Of a DNA stretch of 64,000 bases, positions 48,114 to 58,074 are shown piece by piece. Position 1 is the first letter of the stretch. Every line of letters begins with the position of its first letter. The position numbers and the translations under genes were made by a program. Source of the stretch: an uncultured Chromatiales bacterium (GTDB taxonomy: Bacteria > Bacteroidota > Ignavibacteria > SZUA-365); NCBI GenBank assembly GCA_964388275.1, contig CAYLZD010000020.1, forward strand, positions 3,232-67,231, read 5' to 3'. Below the pieces are notes generated by a model, which searched no databases, was not told where the DNA came from, and was given only the letters and a program-made list of their open reading frames with translations.

Positions 48114-48173
48114 GAAATTCCCGTTCCGGCCGGGATTCCGGATAATCGCGCCTGAAGCGGGATTCAAACGCTG

Positions 48174-49589
48174 ATGACTTACTCATCCGCGCGCGCCGCG
48201 CTGTTTGCAGGCGAGACCAGCTGCAGACGCCTGGTCACGGACGCGCTTGAGACAGCGGGCGCATCCCGGCAGTTCAACGCCTTCCTCGAACTCTATGAAG
48301 ACGCTCTCGACGAGGCCGAAAAGATAGACGCCAGAATCGCCGCCGGGAGAGGCGGGCCGTTGGCCGGTCTGACCGTCGCGGTCAAGGACAACATGTGCCG
48401 CCGCGGCAAACGTCTTTCCTGCGGGTCGCGCATACTCGAGGGCTTCACTTCGGTATACGATGCAACGGCCCTGCGCCGGCTTCTGGAGGCCGATGCGATC
48501 CTGATCGGGCGCACGAACATGGATGAATTCGCGATGGGATCCTCCAACGAGAACTCGGCGTTCGGGCCGGTCCTGAATCCCGCGGATCCTGAACGCGTCC
48601 CCGGCGGTTCGAGCGGGGGATCTGCAGTGGCGGTGGCCTCCGGCGCGGTCATGGCGGCGCTCGGCTCCGACACGGGGGGCTCGGTGCGGCAACCGGCCGC
48701 ATTCACCGGCGTCGTCGGATTGAAACCCGGCTACGGTAGAATATCCAGGCACGGGCTGGTCGCTTTCGCTTCCTCGCTCGATCAGATCGGAATTTTCTCC
48801 TCGAACGTGGAGGACGCCGCCCGAGTGCTCTCGGTCATTGCGGGCCATGATCCGCGCGACTCCACGAGCGACACTGCGCCTTCGGAGGACTACACGGCAC
48901 GCTTGACGGAGCCGATAAAGGGGCTCCGGGTGGGGATACCAGGCGAGTTCCTCCCGCCCGAGCTCGAAGAGGGCCCACGCGCCGCTGTGGACAGGGCCGC
49001 GGCCGCGTTTCACCGGATCGATGCGGGGGTGGTTCCGGTGTCGCTGCCCCATTCCTGCTATACGATTCCAACATACGCCATCATAGCCACCGCAGAGGCC
49101 TCCTCCAATCTGGCCCGCTTCGACGGCATACGGTACGGTTTGCGCCGCGCCGGGGATTCCCACGGCGAAACCAATATCCGGACACGTTCATCCGGATTTG
49201 GCGGCGAAGTCAAGCGGCGCATAATGCTCGGCGCATACGTCCTTTCGGCAGGATACGTGGACGCCTATTATCGCAGGGCCCAGAAGGTGAGGACGTTGAT
49301 CGCGAGGGATTTCGAGGAGGCGTTCCGCGGCGCGGACCTTCTAATGACCCCGACCACGCCGGGCACCGCCTTCAGGCTGGGGGAACGCGTCCGGGATCCG
49401 CTGAAAATGTATCTTTCCGACCTTTTCACCGCGTCCGCCAATCTCGCCGGCTTGCCCGCGATGCATGTGCCTGCCGGCCGCGACGCGGAAGGACTGCCCG
49501 TCGGAGTTCAACTGATCGCTCCGGAAAGAAACGAGGCGCTGATGCTGCGCGCCGCCGCAACTCTGGAGCGGGAACTGCAAGATGTGTGA
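48174..49589 (+). CDS. gatA: Glu/Asp-tRNA amidotransferase subunit A
   Basis: VKDN, NMDEFAMGSS, PGGSSGGS, GSDTGGSVRQPA, SNLARFDG, EVKRRIMLG. Confidence 0.95.
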   Translation: MTYSSARAALFAGETSCRRLVTDALETAGASRQFNAFLELYEDALDEAEKIDARIAAGRGGPLAGLTVAVKDNMCRRGKRLSCGSRILEGFTSVYDATALRRLLEADAILIGRTNMDEFAMGSSNENSAFGPVLNPADPERVPGGSSGGSAVAVASGAVMAALGSDTGGSVRQPAAFTGVVGLKPGYGRISRHGLVAFASSLDQIGIFSSNVEDAARVLSVIAGHDPRDSTSDTAPSEDYTARLTEPIKGLRVGIPGEFLPPELEEGPRAAVDRAAAAFHRIDAGVVPVSLPHSCYTIPTYAIIATAEASSNLARFDGIRYGLRRAGDSHGETNIRTRSSGFGGEVKRRIMLGAYVLSAGYVDAYYRRAQKVRTLIARDFEEAFRGADLLMTPTTPGTAFRLGERVRDPLKMYLSDLFTASANLAGLPAMHVPAGRDAEGLPVGVQLIAPERNEALMLRAAATLERELQDV

Positions 49590-50355
49590 TCGCGATTCGA
49601 CAGGCGCGCGGATGAAGGCGGAATCGGATCGGAGCGAGCAGCCGGCGCCGATGCTGAGGATTTACTGCGATTTCGACGGGACTGCGACGCCCGTGGATGT
49701 GGGCGACGAATTTTTCCCTCGCTTCGCCGGACCGGAAGCTCTCGAAGTCAACCGGCTGTACCGAGACGGCAGCATTTCGGGCCGCGAGGCCTTCTCACGG
49801 TACGCGGACATGCTGGAGGGCGTGGACGAGGAATCGATCGAGCTGTTCTCCATAGGATATTCCCTGCGGCCTTCCTTCATTCCTTTCGTCGAATGGGCCG
49901 GCAGAGCGGGAATTTCGCTCATGATCCTGAGTGACGGACTCGACGCGTATATCGAACCGATACTCAGGGATTCGGGTGTTTCTATCCCGGTCAGAACGAA
50001 CCAACTGAAGATTCGCAAAGACTCCGCCTGCAGAATCGTTCATCCGTACAGCGACGAGAATTGCGCCGCCTGCGGAACCTGCAAGAGAAACGTCATGCTC
50101 TGCGGCGCGGCGGATCGCGACATCATCGTGCTCATCGGAGACGGGATGTCGGATTTCTGTCCCGCCGGATACGCCGACATCGTGTTCGCGACCGGCGAAC
50201 TGGTGGATTACTGCCGGCGGCAGAACATCAGTTACCGCCGTTTCGAAACGTTCGACGATGTGCGGCGGGATCTTTGCGGCATGCTGCAACGCGGGAAAAT
50301 GCGCCGTCCCCGGCAGGCGTTACAGGCCCGCGAGCTGGTGTGGCGGAGCGGATGA
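49582..50355 (+). CDS. HAD-IB phosphatase, MtnX-like
   Basis: CDFDGT motif I, SDG, CAACGTCK, IGDGMSD; start uncertain. Confidence 0.8.
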   Translation: MCDRDSTGARMKAESDRSEQPAPMLRIYCDFDGTATPVDVGDEFFPRFAGPEALEVNRLYRDGSISGREAFSRYADMLEGVDEESIELFSIGYSLRPSFIPFVEWAGRAGISLMILSDGLDAYIEPILRDSGVSIPVRTNQLKIRKDSACRIVHPYSDENCAACGTCKRNVMLCGAADRDIIVLIGDGMSDFCPAGYADIVFATGELVDYCRRQNISYRRFETFDDVRRDLCGMLQRGKMRRPRQALQARELVWRSG

Positions 50356-50389
50356 AAGCCCTGAAGACGCCGGAACAGAAACAGCCGCA

Positions 50390-51418
50390 ATGCAAACCAC
50401 AACCATAGACGCGCCCCAACGCGATCCTTCGCTCAGACCGGGGCAGATAATCAAGCACCTCGCCTTATTGCTGTTGACCTTGCTCACCACGCTCGTAGCG
50501 GGCATGCTGTGGCAGAACGTCAGGGATCTGACCCAAATCGGTCTGGGACTTCCGTACGCTCTCAGCCTTTTATTCATATTGTCCTGTCACGAATTCGGAC
50601 ATTACTTCGCCGCGAGACGTCACAAGGTCTCGGTGACGCTTCCGTATTTCATACCGCTGCCCCCGATCGACATTATAAGCTTCGGAACGCTCGGCGCCGT
50701 CATCAGAACAAGGCAGCGCATCGACAATCCAAAATCGCTTTTTGATATCGGAATCGCTGGACCGATAGCCGGCTTCATTGCCAGCATGGTGGTGCTCGCA
50801 GTCGGGTTCATGAGTCTTCCCGGACCCGAGTTCATCCTCTCGATTCATCCGGATTTCGACTTCGCGATCAATACGATACCCGGCATACCGCCGGGCATGA
50901 CGCTGACGTTCGGAAGGCCCTTGCTCTACGGAGTATTTGAACATCTCTTCGCTCCGGCAGGCGCCTGGGTTCCTCCAATGTGGGAAATGTATCACTATCC
51001 TCTGCTGATGACGGGATGGTTCGGCCTTTTCGTTACCGCCATGAATCTTCTGCCTGTGGGCCAGCTCGACGGCGGTCACATACTCTTCGCACTCAATCAG
51101 CGCATGCATCGCCGGATCGCCAGAGTGGTCGTTTTTTTTCTGCTTTTTTTCGGATTGATGGGCTTGCTGCCGGATCTTTTGCATTTTACCGGCCAGGAAA
51201 TAATTGCAATCGAGTTGCTTGAATTATTTGCAAATTACAGGGCTCTTTTCTGGCCCGGGTGGTTGTTCTGGCTTTTTATAATCTTATTTTTTATTAAGAT
51301 CGATCATCCGGAGATCAGAATAAACGAAGAACCGGGGCAGCGAAGAATCCTGCTCGGGATCGTCGCCATGCTGATTTTCGTCTTATCGATAGCTCCGGCG
51401 CCTCTATTTTTCCAGTAA
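50390..51418 (+). CDS. Site-2 protease family (M50) membrane metalloprotease
   Basis: HEFGH, PYFIP, GTLGAVI, IAGP, NLLPVGQLDGGH; start set at MQTTTI. Confidence 0.9.
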   Translation: MQTTTIDAPQRDPSLRPGQIIKHLALLLLTLLTTLVAGMLWQNVRDLTQIGLGLPYALSLLFILSCHEFGHYFAARRHKVSVTLPYFIPLPPIDIISFGTLGAVIRTRQRIDNPKSLFDIGIAGPIAGFIASMVVLAVGFMSLPGPEFILSIHPDFDFAINTIPGIPPGMTLTFGRPLLYGVFEHLFAPAGAWVPPMWEMYHYPLLMTGWFGLFVTAMNLLPVGQLDGGHILFALNQRMHRRIARVVVFFLLFFGLMGLLPDLLHFTGQEIIAIELLELFANYRALFWPGWLFWLFIILFFIKIDHPEIRINEEPGQRRILLGIVAMLIFVLSIAPAPLFFQ

Positions 51419-51457
51419 ATTTTTTCAGAAAAAAAGCGCAGTGGACCTATTCTGGAA

Positions 51458-51488
51458 TTGACTTTTGCATGGCTGTTGGGTATGTTTG
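51458..51488 (+). promoter_or_regulatory. Strong sigma70-type promoter of the lipoprotein-PorV operon
   Basis: TTGACT (51458-51463), 17 nt, TATGTT (51481-51486); also reads TATGTTTG. Confidence 0.65.
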
Positions 51489-51581
51489 TTTTGCCTCCTT
51501 GATAGTGTGATTGTAAGCCGGGGCATGCATCCAAAAGGTGCCCCGGCTTCGTCATATCAGGACACTTTATAACCGAATTGA

Positions 51582-52406
51582 ATGATAGCGTGTTTTAGAT
51601 TTCTCTTCGTATTCACTGTCGCTGCGGTTTTTCTAGCATGCAGTGAAGATTCCTCCGTATCGGACCCGGCGTTTCCGGACACACCCAAGTCGTTCACCGG
51701 TTTGCGGCTGTCGGAATATGTTTACGATACGGATTCGATAGACGTGCAAGCGGGACGCGACAAGTCGCCCGCCGACAGGATCACTTTGAATATCCGGGTC
51801 GAAGCCGAAGCGGATTCGGCTGTTCAGGACGGACCGCCTGTGGTGAGCGCGCGCTGTGCGATAACACAGGACGGCAAGGACCGCACTCTCGCCGAAGCGG
51901 AACTTCAGCGGGATTCTTCGGGGAGTTTCGGCGGAGTCGTCCGGCTCGGCATTGCCCGCGGGGATGTGGGAGACTACCGCCTGACCGTGAGGGGATTCGA
52001 TGCGAGAGGAAACGCGTCGCTGCCGATTCACACCAAGCTCCGCGTTCTCGCGGGCGGTAGACCGCCGTACTTCTGCGGACTCACGGCCCCGGACACGGTC
52101 GATCTGCCTGACGACGGTTTCATACTCATTCTTATCGAGGCCTGCGTGGCGGATTCAAGCGGCGCGGGAGACATCAAGCGGGTGCTGTTCAATTCCTTTC
52201 TGCCCAGCGGCACGCCGTCCAGCGGAAATCCATTCTTCATGTTCGACGACGGAAGCCATGGCGACCGCATCGCGGGCGATGGAATATATTCCCTGAACAT
52301 TCAACTCCCCTCCACGGCGCAGAAAGGCCGTTACCGTTTCGAATTCTTCGCTTACGATCTGGGCAATCTGAACGCCTTTCTTTCACACACGATCACAGTT
52401 CGCTGA
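51582..52406 (+). CDS. Lipoprotein with two Ig-like domains and a choice-of-anchor-X-like motif
   Basis: Lipobox FLA-C followed by acidic SEDS; FDDGSHGDRIAGDGIYS. Confidence 0.8.
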   Translation: MIACFRFLFVFTVAAVFLACSEDSSVSDPAFPDTPKSFTGLRLSEYVYDTDSIDVQAGRDKSPADRITLNIRVEAEADSAVQDGPPVVSARCAITQDGKDRTLAEAELQRDSSGSFGGVVRLGIARGDVGDYRLTVRGFDARGNASLPIHTKLRVLAGGRPPYFCGLTAPDTVDLPDDGFILILIEACVADSSGAGDIKRVLFNSFLPSGTPSSGNPFFMFDDGSHGDRIAGDGIYSLNIQLPSTAQKGRYRFEFFAYDLGNLNAFLSHTITVR

Positions 52407-52407
52407 C

Positions 52408-54012
52408 ATGACGACTCGGAAACGCCGTAAGTCGGCCGCCTTCATCCTCAGCATCATCCTCATCCCGTTTTCCGCAGCCGCATACGGGCAGGCTGGGCCT
52501 GAATCTTTCGGTTTGAACAAGATCGTTTCGAGCGGCGGCACGCGTCCTCTCAGCAACAGCGCCATCGACATGCTCGCGCGCGGCGACAGCATTTGGATCG
52601 CCGGGGGCAAGGGATTGGACCTCACGACGGACGGCGGCCGTTCATGGCGTCACTTGGGCGAAGAAGCGCCTTTCGATCTCGAGGACATAGCCGCGCTGGA
52701 TGCGCACGGATCCGTGATCTGGGTCTCGCTCGCGGGCTCCGAGAAACTCGACGACGGATCCACACTGCCGAAAGGACTGGGCCTCGCGGTGTCCACGGAC
52801 AACGGCGCTTCCTGGACTCGGATCGAACAACCGCAGGAAGCGGTCGGCGACTCGACTTTCGAGATCATGTACGGCGCGAACCGCATAAAAGGCCTGGCGA
52901 TCACGACGCCCATAAACAACATCACTTACGATATCGCGGTCACCTCCCGCGCCGTATGGACGGCGAGCTTTGCGGGAGGACTTCGAAAATCCTCCGACGG
53001 AGGCCGCACGTTTTCACCCGTCCTGTTGCCGGGCGACAACCTGGACTCGATAAGGGACACAGATACGCTGAACTTCGAACTTTCGCCGGTCGACCGTCCG
53101 GATCTCTGGAATCAGGGCGGCACATCTAAAGGCATGCGAGGCAGTCTCAACCATCGTGTGTTCTCTCTGTATGCGGAGGATGACACGACACTCTGGGTGG
53201 GCACGGCGGGCGGGATCAATCTCACAACGGATGAAGGGCGTTCATGGCGCAAATTCACGTATGCCAATCAGAGTTTTCCGATATCGGGAAATTTTGTGGT
53301 GGCTCTCGGAAGCAATACCATCGACGGCTCGCGACGCCTGTGGGCCTCGACGATCAACGCGCTGGAGCCGCAGGAATTCCGCTCCGTCAGCATGACCTCG
53401 GACCGGGGGGCGACCTGGACGAACGCGCTGAGGGGAGAATTCACGCATAATTTCGGATTCAAGGGTTCCGTGGTCTACGCGGCCACGAATTCGGGCGTAT
53501 TCCGTTCCGACGACGCTGGGCGTACGTGGACGCTGCACGACGTGTTCGTCGATCCGATATCGCGCAGCCGTTCCGTGGATCCGCGATGCTATTCAGCGGC
53601 CGTGCTCGGCGACACGGTCTGGGTGGCCAATGCGGACGGACTGATGACGACGGTGGATTCCCGGGATCGCTTTTTCGGATCCTCCTGGTCGCTCAAGCGC
53701 GCTGCTCGTCCTCCGGATGCGGACGGCATGGCGTATGCCTATCCGAATCCTTTCACTCCCGCGAATGACGTCTGCCGCGTGAGATACAGAACGGACGCCG
53801 CCGGCACGGTCAGCATCGACGTTTTCGATTTCGCGATGTATCCGGTGCGCGCATTGTTGAGAAACGCCGCGAGGCCTGCGGATACGGAATTGGACGAGAT
53901 CTGGGATGGAACAGACGACGGCGGGCAGCGTGTCGCCAACGGACTCTACTATATCCGGGTTCAAGCGGGAAACCGGGATGCCGCGTGGACCAAGGTGGTG
54001 GCGCTGCAATGA
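52408..54012 (+). CDS. Secreted BNR/Asp-box beta-propeller with FlgD-Ig-type CTD
   Basis: Repeated S/T-x-D-x-G-x-S/T-W boxes; C-terminal YAYPNPF..WDGTDDGG..VANGLYYI. Confidence 0.85.
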   Translation: MTTRKRRKSAAFILSIILIPFSAAAYGQAGPESFGLNKIVSSGGTRPLSNSAIDMLARGDSIWIAGGKGLDLTTDGGRSWRHLGEEAPFDLEDIAALDAHGSVIWVSLAGSEKLDDGSTLPKGLGLAVSTDNGASWTRIEQPQEAVGDSTFEIMYGANRIKGLAITTPINNITYDIAVTSRAVWTASFAGGLRKSSDGGRTFSPVLLPGDNLDSIRDTDTLNFELSPVDRPDLWNQGGTSKGMRGSLNHRVFSLYAEDDTTLWVGTAGGINLTTDEGRSWRKFTYANQSFPISGNFVVALGSNTIDGSRRLWASTINALEPQEFRSVSMTSDRGATWTNALRGEFTHNFGFKGSVVYAATNSGVFRSDDAGRTWTLHDVFVDPISRSRSVDPRCYSAAVLGDTVWVANADGLMTTVDSRDRFFGSSWSLKRAARPPDADGMAYAYPNPFTPANDVCRVRYRTDAAGTVSIDVFDFAMYPVRALLRNAARPADTELDEIWDGTDDGGQRVANGLYYIRVQAGNRDAAWTKVVALQ

Positions 54013-55094
54013 ACGGCGAGCTGTTGACAGGCATAGGCGCCATGCGGAAGCAATCCATTACCGCGGCCCGAAATCCGGAAAGAAGTGCGGTAGCATCGCG
54101 CGTGTGGTTCGTCATCGCCCTGTTGACCTTTCTCGCGGTTTCCCTGGAAGCGCAGCCCGGCGGCAGAGCCGGAGCGTTTACGCGCCTCGGTTTCGGCGCG
54201 AGGGGACAGGGCATGGGCAACGCTCTAACGGCGGTCAACACCGGGCACATTACAACCGTGTACAATCCGGCTCTTTCGCCCTTTCAGAAGAGCAGGCTTC
54301 TTTACGGCAGCTACGGCATGCTCGCTCTCGACCGCAAGCTGAACCAGATCTGTTACATTCAACCGATACGCATCGAGAAAAAGGGCGCGAACAAATACGC
54401 CGAGGATCCCGACGCGCAATCCCTGGCCGGCGTTTCGGCAGGCTGGATCAACGCCGGGGACGCGGACGTTCAAGGATACGACAGCGACGGATTCAAAACC
54501 GAAATGCTCAGCGTATTCGAGAACCAGTTCTACCTGAATTTCGGCACTCGCTTCAGCGAGAGACTCTCGGTGGGTTTCAACGCGAAGTTCTATTACTCCG
54601 GCCTGTATCGCGACGTGACAAGCTCCGGTTTCGGAATAGATCTGGGAGCGCTTTATCAGTTGGCGGATGGCCTGACCGTGGCCGTTGTCCTGCAGGATCT
54701 TCTCACGAAGTACAAATGGGATACCGGGAAGCTCTACGGTCCCGAGCAGGGACGCGCCACTGAAGACGCTTTTCCCCTGATCACGCGCCTGGGCGCGGCT
54801 TACATGATTGACCTCATGGGAGGCCTCCTTATCGCCGCCGATATGGAGCTGTTCGACGGCGGCGCGCCGCTTGCCCGGATAGGAGGAGAACTGCGCCTGG
54901 CGGAGCAGTTCTCCGTCCGCGCCGGCGCCGACCGCATCGATCTGGGAGGTTCCGGAATCGACGCCAGGCCTTCCGCGGGCGTCTCATTCTCGCAGCCGGT
55001 CGCGTCATTGCGCCCGGAAATACAGTATGCCTTCATTCTCGAGCCCGTTGCGCCGTCGCCCACTCATGTGCTTTCGTTCTTACTTTCGTTCTGA
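54009..55094 (+). CDS. PorV/UPF0164-family outer-membrane barrel, paralog 1
   Basis: GFGARGQGMGNA..YNPA N-terminal motif, GFGIDLGALY, C-terminal Phe. Confidence 0.78.
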   Translation: MNGELLTGIGAMRKQSITAARNPERSAVASRVWFVIALLTFLAVSLEAQPGGRAGAFTRLGFGARGQGMGNALTAVNTGHITTVYNPALSPFQKSRLLYGSYGMLALDRKLNQICYIQPIRIEKKGANKYAEDPDAQSLAGVSAGWINAGDADVQGYDSDGFKTEMLSVFENQFYLNFGTRFSERLSVGFNAKFYYSGLYRDVTSSGFGIDLGALYQLADGLTVAVVLQDLLTKYKWDTGKLYGPEQGRATEDAFPLITRLGAAYMIDLMGGLLIAADMELFDGGAPLARIGGELRLAEQFSVRAGADRIDLGGSGIDARPSAGVSFSQPVASLRPEIQYAFILEPVAPSPTHVLSFLLSF

Positions 55095-55095
55095 C

Positions 55096-56019
55096 ATGAA
55101 GATTCATAGAAGATTATTTGCATCCGCATTTTTAATCCTGCTGCCCGCCGCTTTCTCATCGGCACAACCCGGCGGCACGGGCATGGCATTCCTTCGCAAC
55201 GGCGTCGGCGCCAGAGCAGTGGCGATGGGGGAGACCGGCGTCGCTGGATCCTCATTCGGAGAAGTTCTCTATTACAATCCGGCAATGGCGGCTGTATCGG
55301 GAAACTCCTCGCTGACCATCATGCACCAGCAGGCGGTGCAGGACCTTCATTCGCAATATCTCGGCGCTGTTGCCGCATTGGACGGCTGGTCGCTGGGATT
55401 GCACATACACCTCGCGAGCATTGAGGATATCGAGGCGCGCGCTCTGCCGGGAGACCCGGAAGGCATGTTCACGTCCCGCAATTTCTCCCTGGGATTCACC
55501 GCCGCGTATCGACTGACCGAGAGGATATCCCTGGGCGCCAACGCCAAATTTCTTTTTGAAAAAATCTATGTGGACGATGCGAGCGGATACGCGTTCGATC
55601 TCGGCATTCGAGCGCTCCCGTTCGGTCAAGGACCGCTGGAGAGCCTGTCCTTCGGCGTCGCCGTCTCAAACCTGGGCGCAATGAGCGATTTGAAGACCGT
55701 GTCTACCAAACTGCCTGTCCTGATTCGGGGCGGCTTCGCATATGATTTGCCCATCGAGACAGGCCGGGCGAAAATTTCGGCGGCCGCCGAGGGCGTCTAC
55801 CATCCTTCCGACGAGAGATTCAGGGCGCATCTCGGGGCGGAAGCGAGTTATGACGAACTTCTCGCCCTGCGGGTCGGATATCAGACCGGTTTCGACATCA
55901 AGGGATTTTCCGCCGGAGTCGGTTTCATCCTCTCCCCCGCGCGCTTCGATTACGCTTTCGTGCCCTACAGCGAGAACTTCGGGACGGCGCATTCCTTTTC
56001 GGTGTCGCTCATCTTTTAA
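55096..56019 (+). CDS. PorV/UPF0164-family outer-membrane barrel, paralog 2
   Basis: GVGARAVAMG..YYNPA, AFDLG, SNLG, LALRVGY, AGVGF, DYAFVP, C-terminal Phe. Confidence 0.82.
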   Translation: MKIHRRLFASAFLILLPAAFSSAQPGGTGMAFLRNGVGARAVAMGETGVAGSSFGEVLYYNPAMAAVSGNSSLTIMHQQAVQDLHSQYLGAVAALDGWSLGLHIHLASIEDIEARALPGDPEGMFTSRNFSLGFTAAYRLTERISLGANAKFLFEKIYVDDASGYAFDLGIRALPFGQGPLESLSFGVAVSNLGAMSDLKTVSTKLPVLIRGGFAYDLPIETGRAKISAAAEGVYHPSDERFRAHLGAEASYDELLALRVGYQTGFDIKGFSAGVGFILSPARFDYAFVPYSENFGTAHSFSVSLIF

Positions 56020-56040
56020 CTTGTCGCCGCGACGTTTCAC

Positions 56041-57177
56041 ATGCGCGCGCGCATCGGCATTGCGGTAGTCGGCGACGTCAGGCGCGATTCACGCTGTCTG
56101 CGCATGGCCCGCACGCTGGCGGAGGCCTACGAAACGACGGTTTATTCGCTGGGAGATGAAGCGGAGAGTTTTTCGGACGGCCAGGTCCGTCATATCGTTC
56201 TGCCCCGTGCGGACGCATCGGATCTGCGGGCCTCGCTCCGCGCGTTCTGGAAGGAGAATCCGGGCGGGAGGGGCGGATCAGCGGACATCTGGCTGGCCGG
56301 CGACCTCTACTCGCTGCCTCTGGCTTCGCGCATGGCCCGGCGTCAAAGAGCCGCGCTGCTGTATGATTCGCGCGAACTGTATCCCTACATCGCAGCCCTG
56401 TCCGGCCGGCCTATCAGCCGGTTCTACTGGCGCTGGATGGAACGGCTGCACGCCGGTCGCGCCTCGGTGATCTTCGCGGTGAACGACTCGATTGCGGAGC
56501 GCCTGAGGAGGCGCTACCCACGCATTCCGGTCGAAGTGCTGCGCAATTACCCGGATTGGGAAAGACCGGAGAAGGCGCGGGATCTGAGAAGTTTGTTCGG
56601 CATTCCTGACTCGGCAGTGATACTTCTCTCGCAGGGCGGTCTGCAGCGCGGAAGGGGAGGGGAAGCTTGCCTGCGCGCATTGCTACGTCTGGATAACTGC
56701 GCGCTCGTGTTTCTCGGCTCCGGCGCCGAGGAAGCCGGATTGAGATCGCTCGCATCCGAACTGGGTGTGGGTGAGAGGGCGCATTTTCACACCGCGGCGA
56801 CGGCGGAGGAACTGCCTTCCTACACGACCGCGGCGGATATAGGACTCTGCATCATAGAGAACCTGGGTGAGAGCTACTATCTATCGTTGCCGAACAAGCT
56901 TTTCGAGTATGCCGCCGCCGGTCTCCCGGTCGTCGCCAGCGACTTTCCGGAAATCCGCAAAGTCGTGCTCGGCGAGAAACTGGGCCTGCTTGTGGATCCG
57001 GGCGATGAGAACGCGCTGGCCGACGCCCTCAGACATCTCGTGGAAGATGCGCGCGCTCGCGACCATTTCCGGGCCAACGCGATCCGCGCCTCCGCCCGCC
57101 TGAACTGGAGTACGGAAGGCGCCCGCCTGCTGGTCACGACCGCGGATTTGCTCCGCCGCCGGGCATCGATCCGATGA
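56041..57177 (+). CDS. GT4-family glycosyltransferase
   Basis: DSRCLRMA, LYDSRE, YQGG-like SQGG, LPNKLFEYAAAGLPVVASDFP. Confidence 0.88.
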   Translation: MRARIGIAVVGDVRRDSRCLRMARTLAEAYETTVYSLGDEAESFSDGQVRHIVLPRADASDLRASLRAFWKENPGGRGGSADIWLAGDLYSLPLASRMARRQRAALLYDSRELYPYIAALSGRPISRFYWRWMERLHAGRASVIFAVNDSIAERLRRRYPRIPVEVLRNYPDWERPEKARDLRSLFGIPDSAVILLSQGGLQRGRGGEACLRALLRLDNCALVFLGSGAEEAGLRSLASELGVGERAHFHTAATAEELPSYTTAADIGLCIIENLGESYYLSLPNKLFEYAAAGLPVVASDFPEIRKVVLGEKLGLLVDPGDENALADALRHLVEDARARDHFRANAIRASARLNWSTEGARLLVTTADLLRRRASIR

Positions 57178-57192
57178 GCCGGGAGCCGGCTG

Positions 57193-58074
57193 TCAGCCCG
57201 GCGCGGTTTCGTCGTCTCCGATGGCTTCGAGCAGCATCGCTTCCTTTGTTTCCGGCAGCTTGGCGAGTCTGACAGAGCGCAGCACCAGCTCGCGGTACAG
57301 ATCGACCAGCCCGGGAACATACTCGCGCTGGAGTTCGAGATGCTTGCGGATGGTATCCGCGTCTCCTCGGGCAACCGGGCCGGTCAGCGCAGCTCGCGGC
57401 GAATTCTGTTCTATGCCGTTAAGGACTCCCAAGATCATCGGCGCCAGATGCTCGAAGGCGCCGCCGTCAGTGGACTCCTCAAGCAGGTCGAGGGATTCCG
57501 CTATAAGCGAAGTAATGAAATTACCGGCGAAAACACAGGCGAGATGATACAGGGGCTTCAGCTCCTTTCTCACCATGATCGGCTTCCAGCCGAGAAAATC
57601 CGCGAACTCCCGGCCCGAGGCGAGGAAATCTCCGTTCCCTTCGAGCCCGCAACCGATCCCTTCAATCCTCGAGATGTCGACATAGTAAGATGGAAAAGAC
57701 TGAATAGGATGCATGGATCCGATGATTGCTCCCCGAGAGGCGAGGGGCAGAAGCTCGTCGGCGGTCCTGATGCCGGAAGTGTGGGCGACGAAGACGCCGT
57801 CGAGTGGGTGATCGATGCGGGATAATTCTTCCGCGGCGCCTGAAATTTCGCCGTCCTGCACACAGATTATGAAACAGCGCGGGACGCTTTTCAGAGCTCC
57901 GGGCGAAGGCGAGAAGCCATCGGCGAATACCGCGGAGCGCGCTCTTTCCAGCTTCATCTCGTCCCGGTCGACAACGGCCGACACCGTCAAGCCCCGGCTG
58001 TAAAGGAAGCGGCTGATCGTGCATCCGACATTGCCGGCGCCGATCACGCAGACTCTGTGATAGAATGGAATCAC
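57193..58074 (-). CDS. Rossmann-like / DUF2520 oxidoreductase
   Basis: VIGAGNVG, VAHTSG, SMHPIQSF, YHLACVFAGN, ALTGPVARGD..TI..H. Confidence 0.88.
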   Translation of the reverse strand: MIPFYHRVCVIGAGNVGCTISRFLYSRGLTVSAVVDRDEMKLERARSAVFADGFSPSPGALKSVPRCFIICVQDGEISGAAEELSRIDHPLDGVFVAHTSGIRTADELLPLASRGAIIGSMHPIQSFPSYYVDISRIEGIGCGLEGNGDFLASGREFADFLGWKPIMVRKELKPLYHLACVFAGNFITSLIAESLDLLEESTDGGAFEHLAPMILGVLNGIEQNSPRAALTGPVARGDADTIRKHLELQREYVPGLVDLYRELVLRSVRLAKLPETKEAMLLEAIGDDETAPG

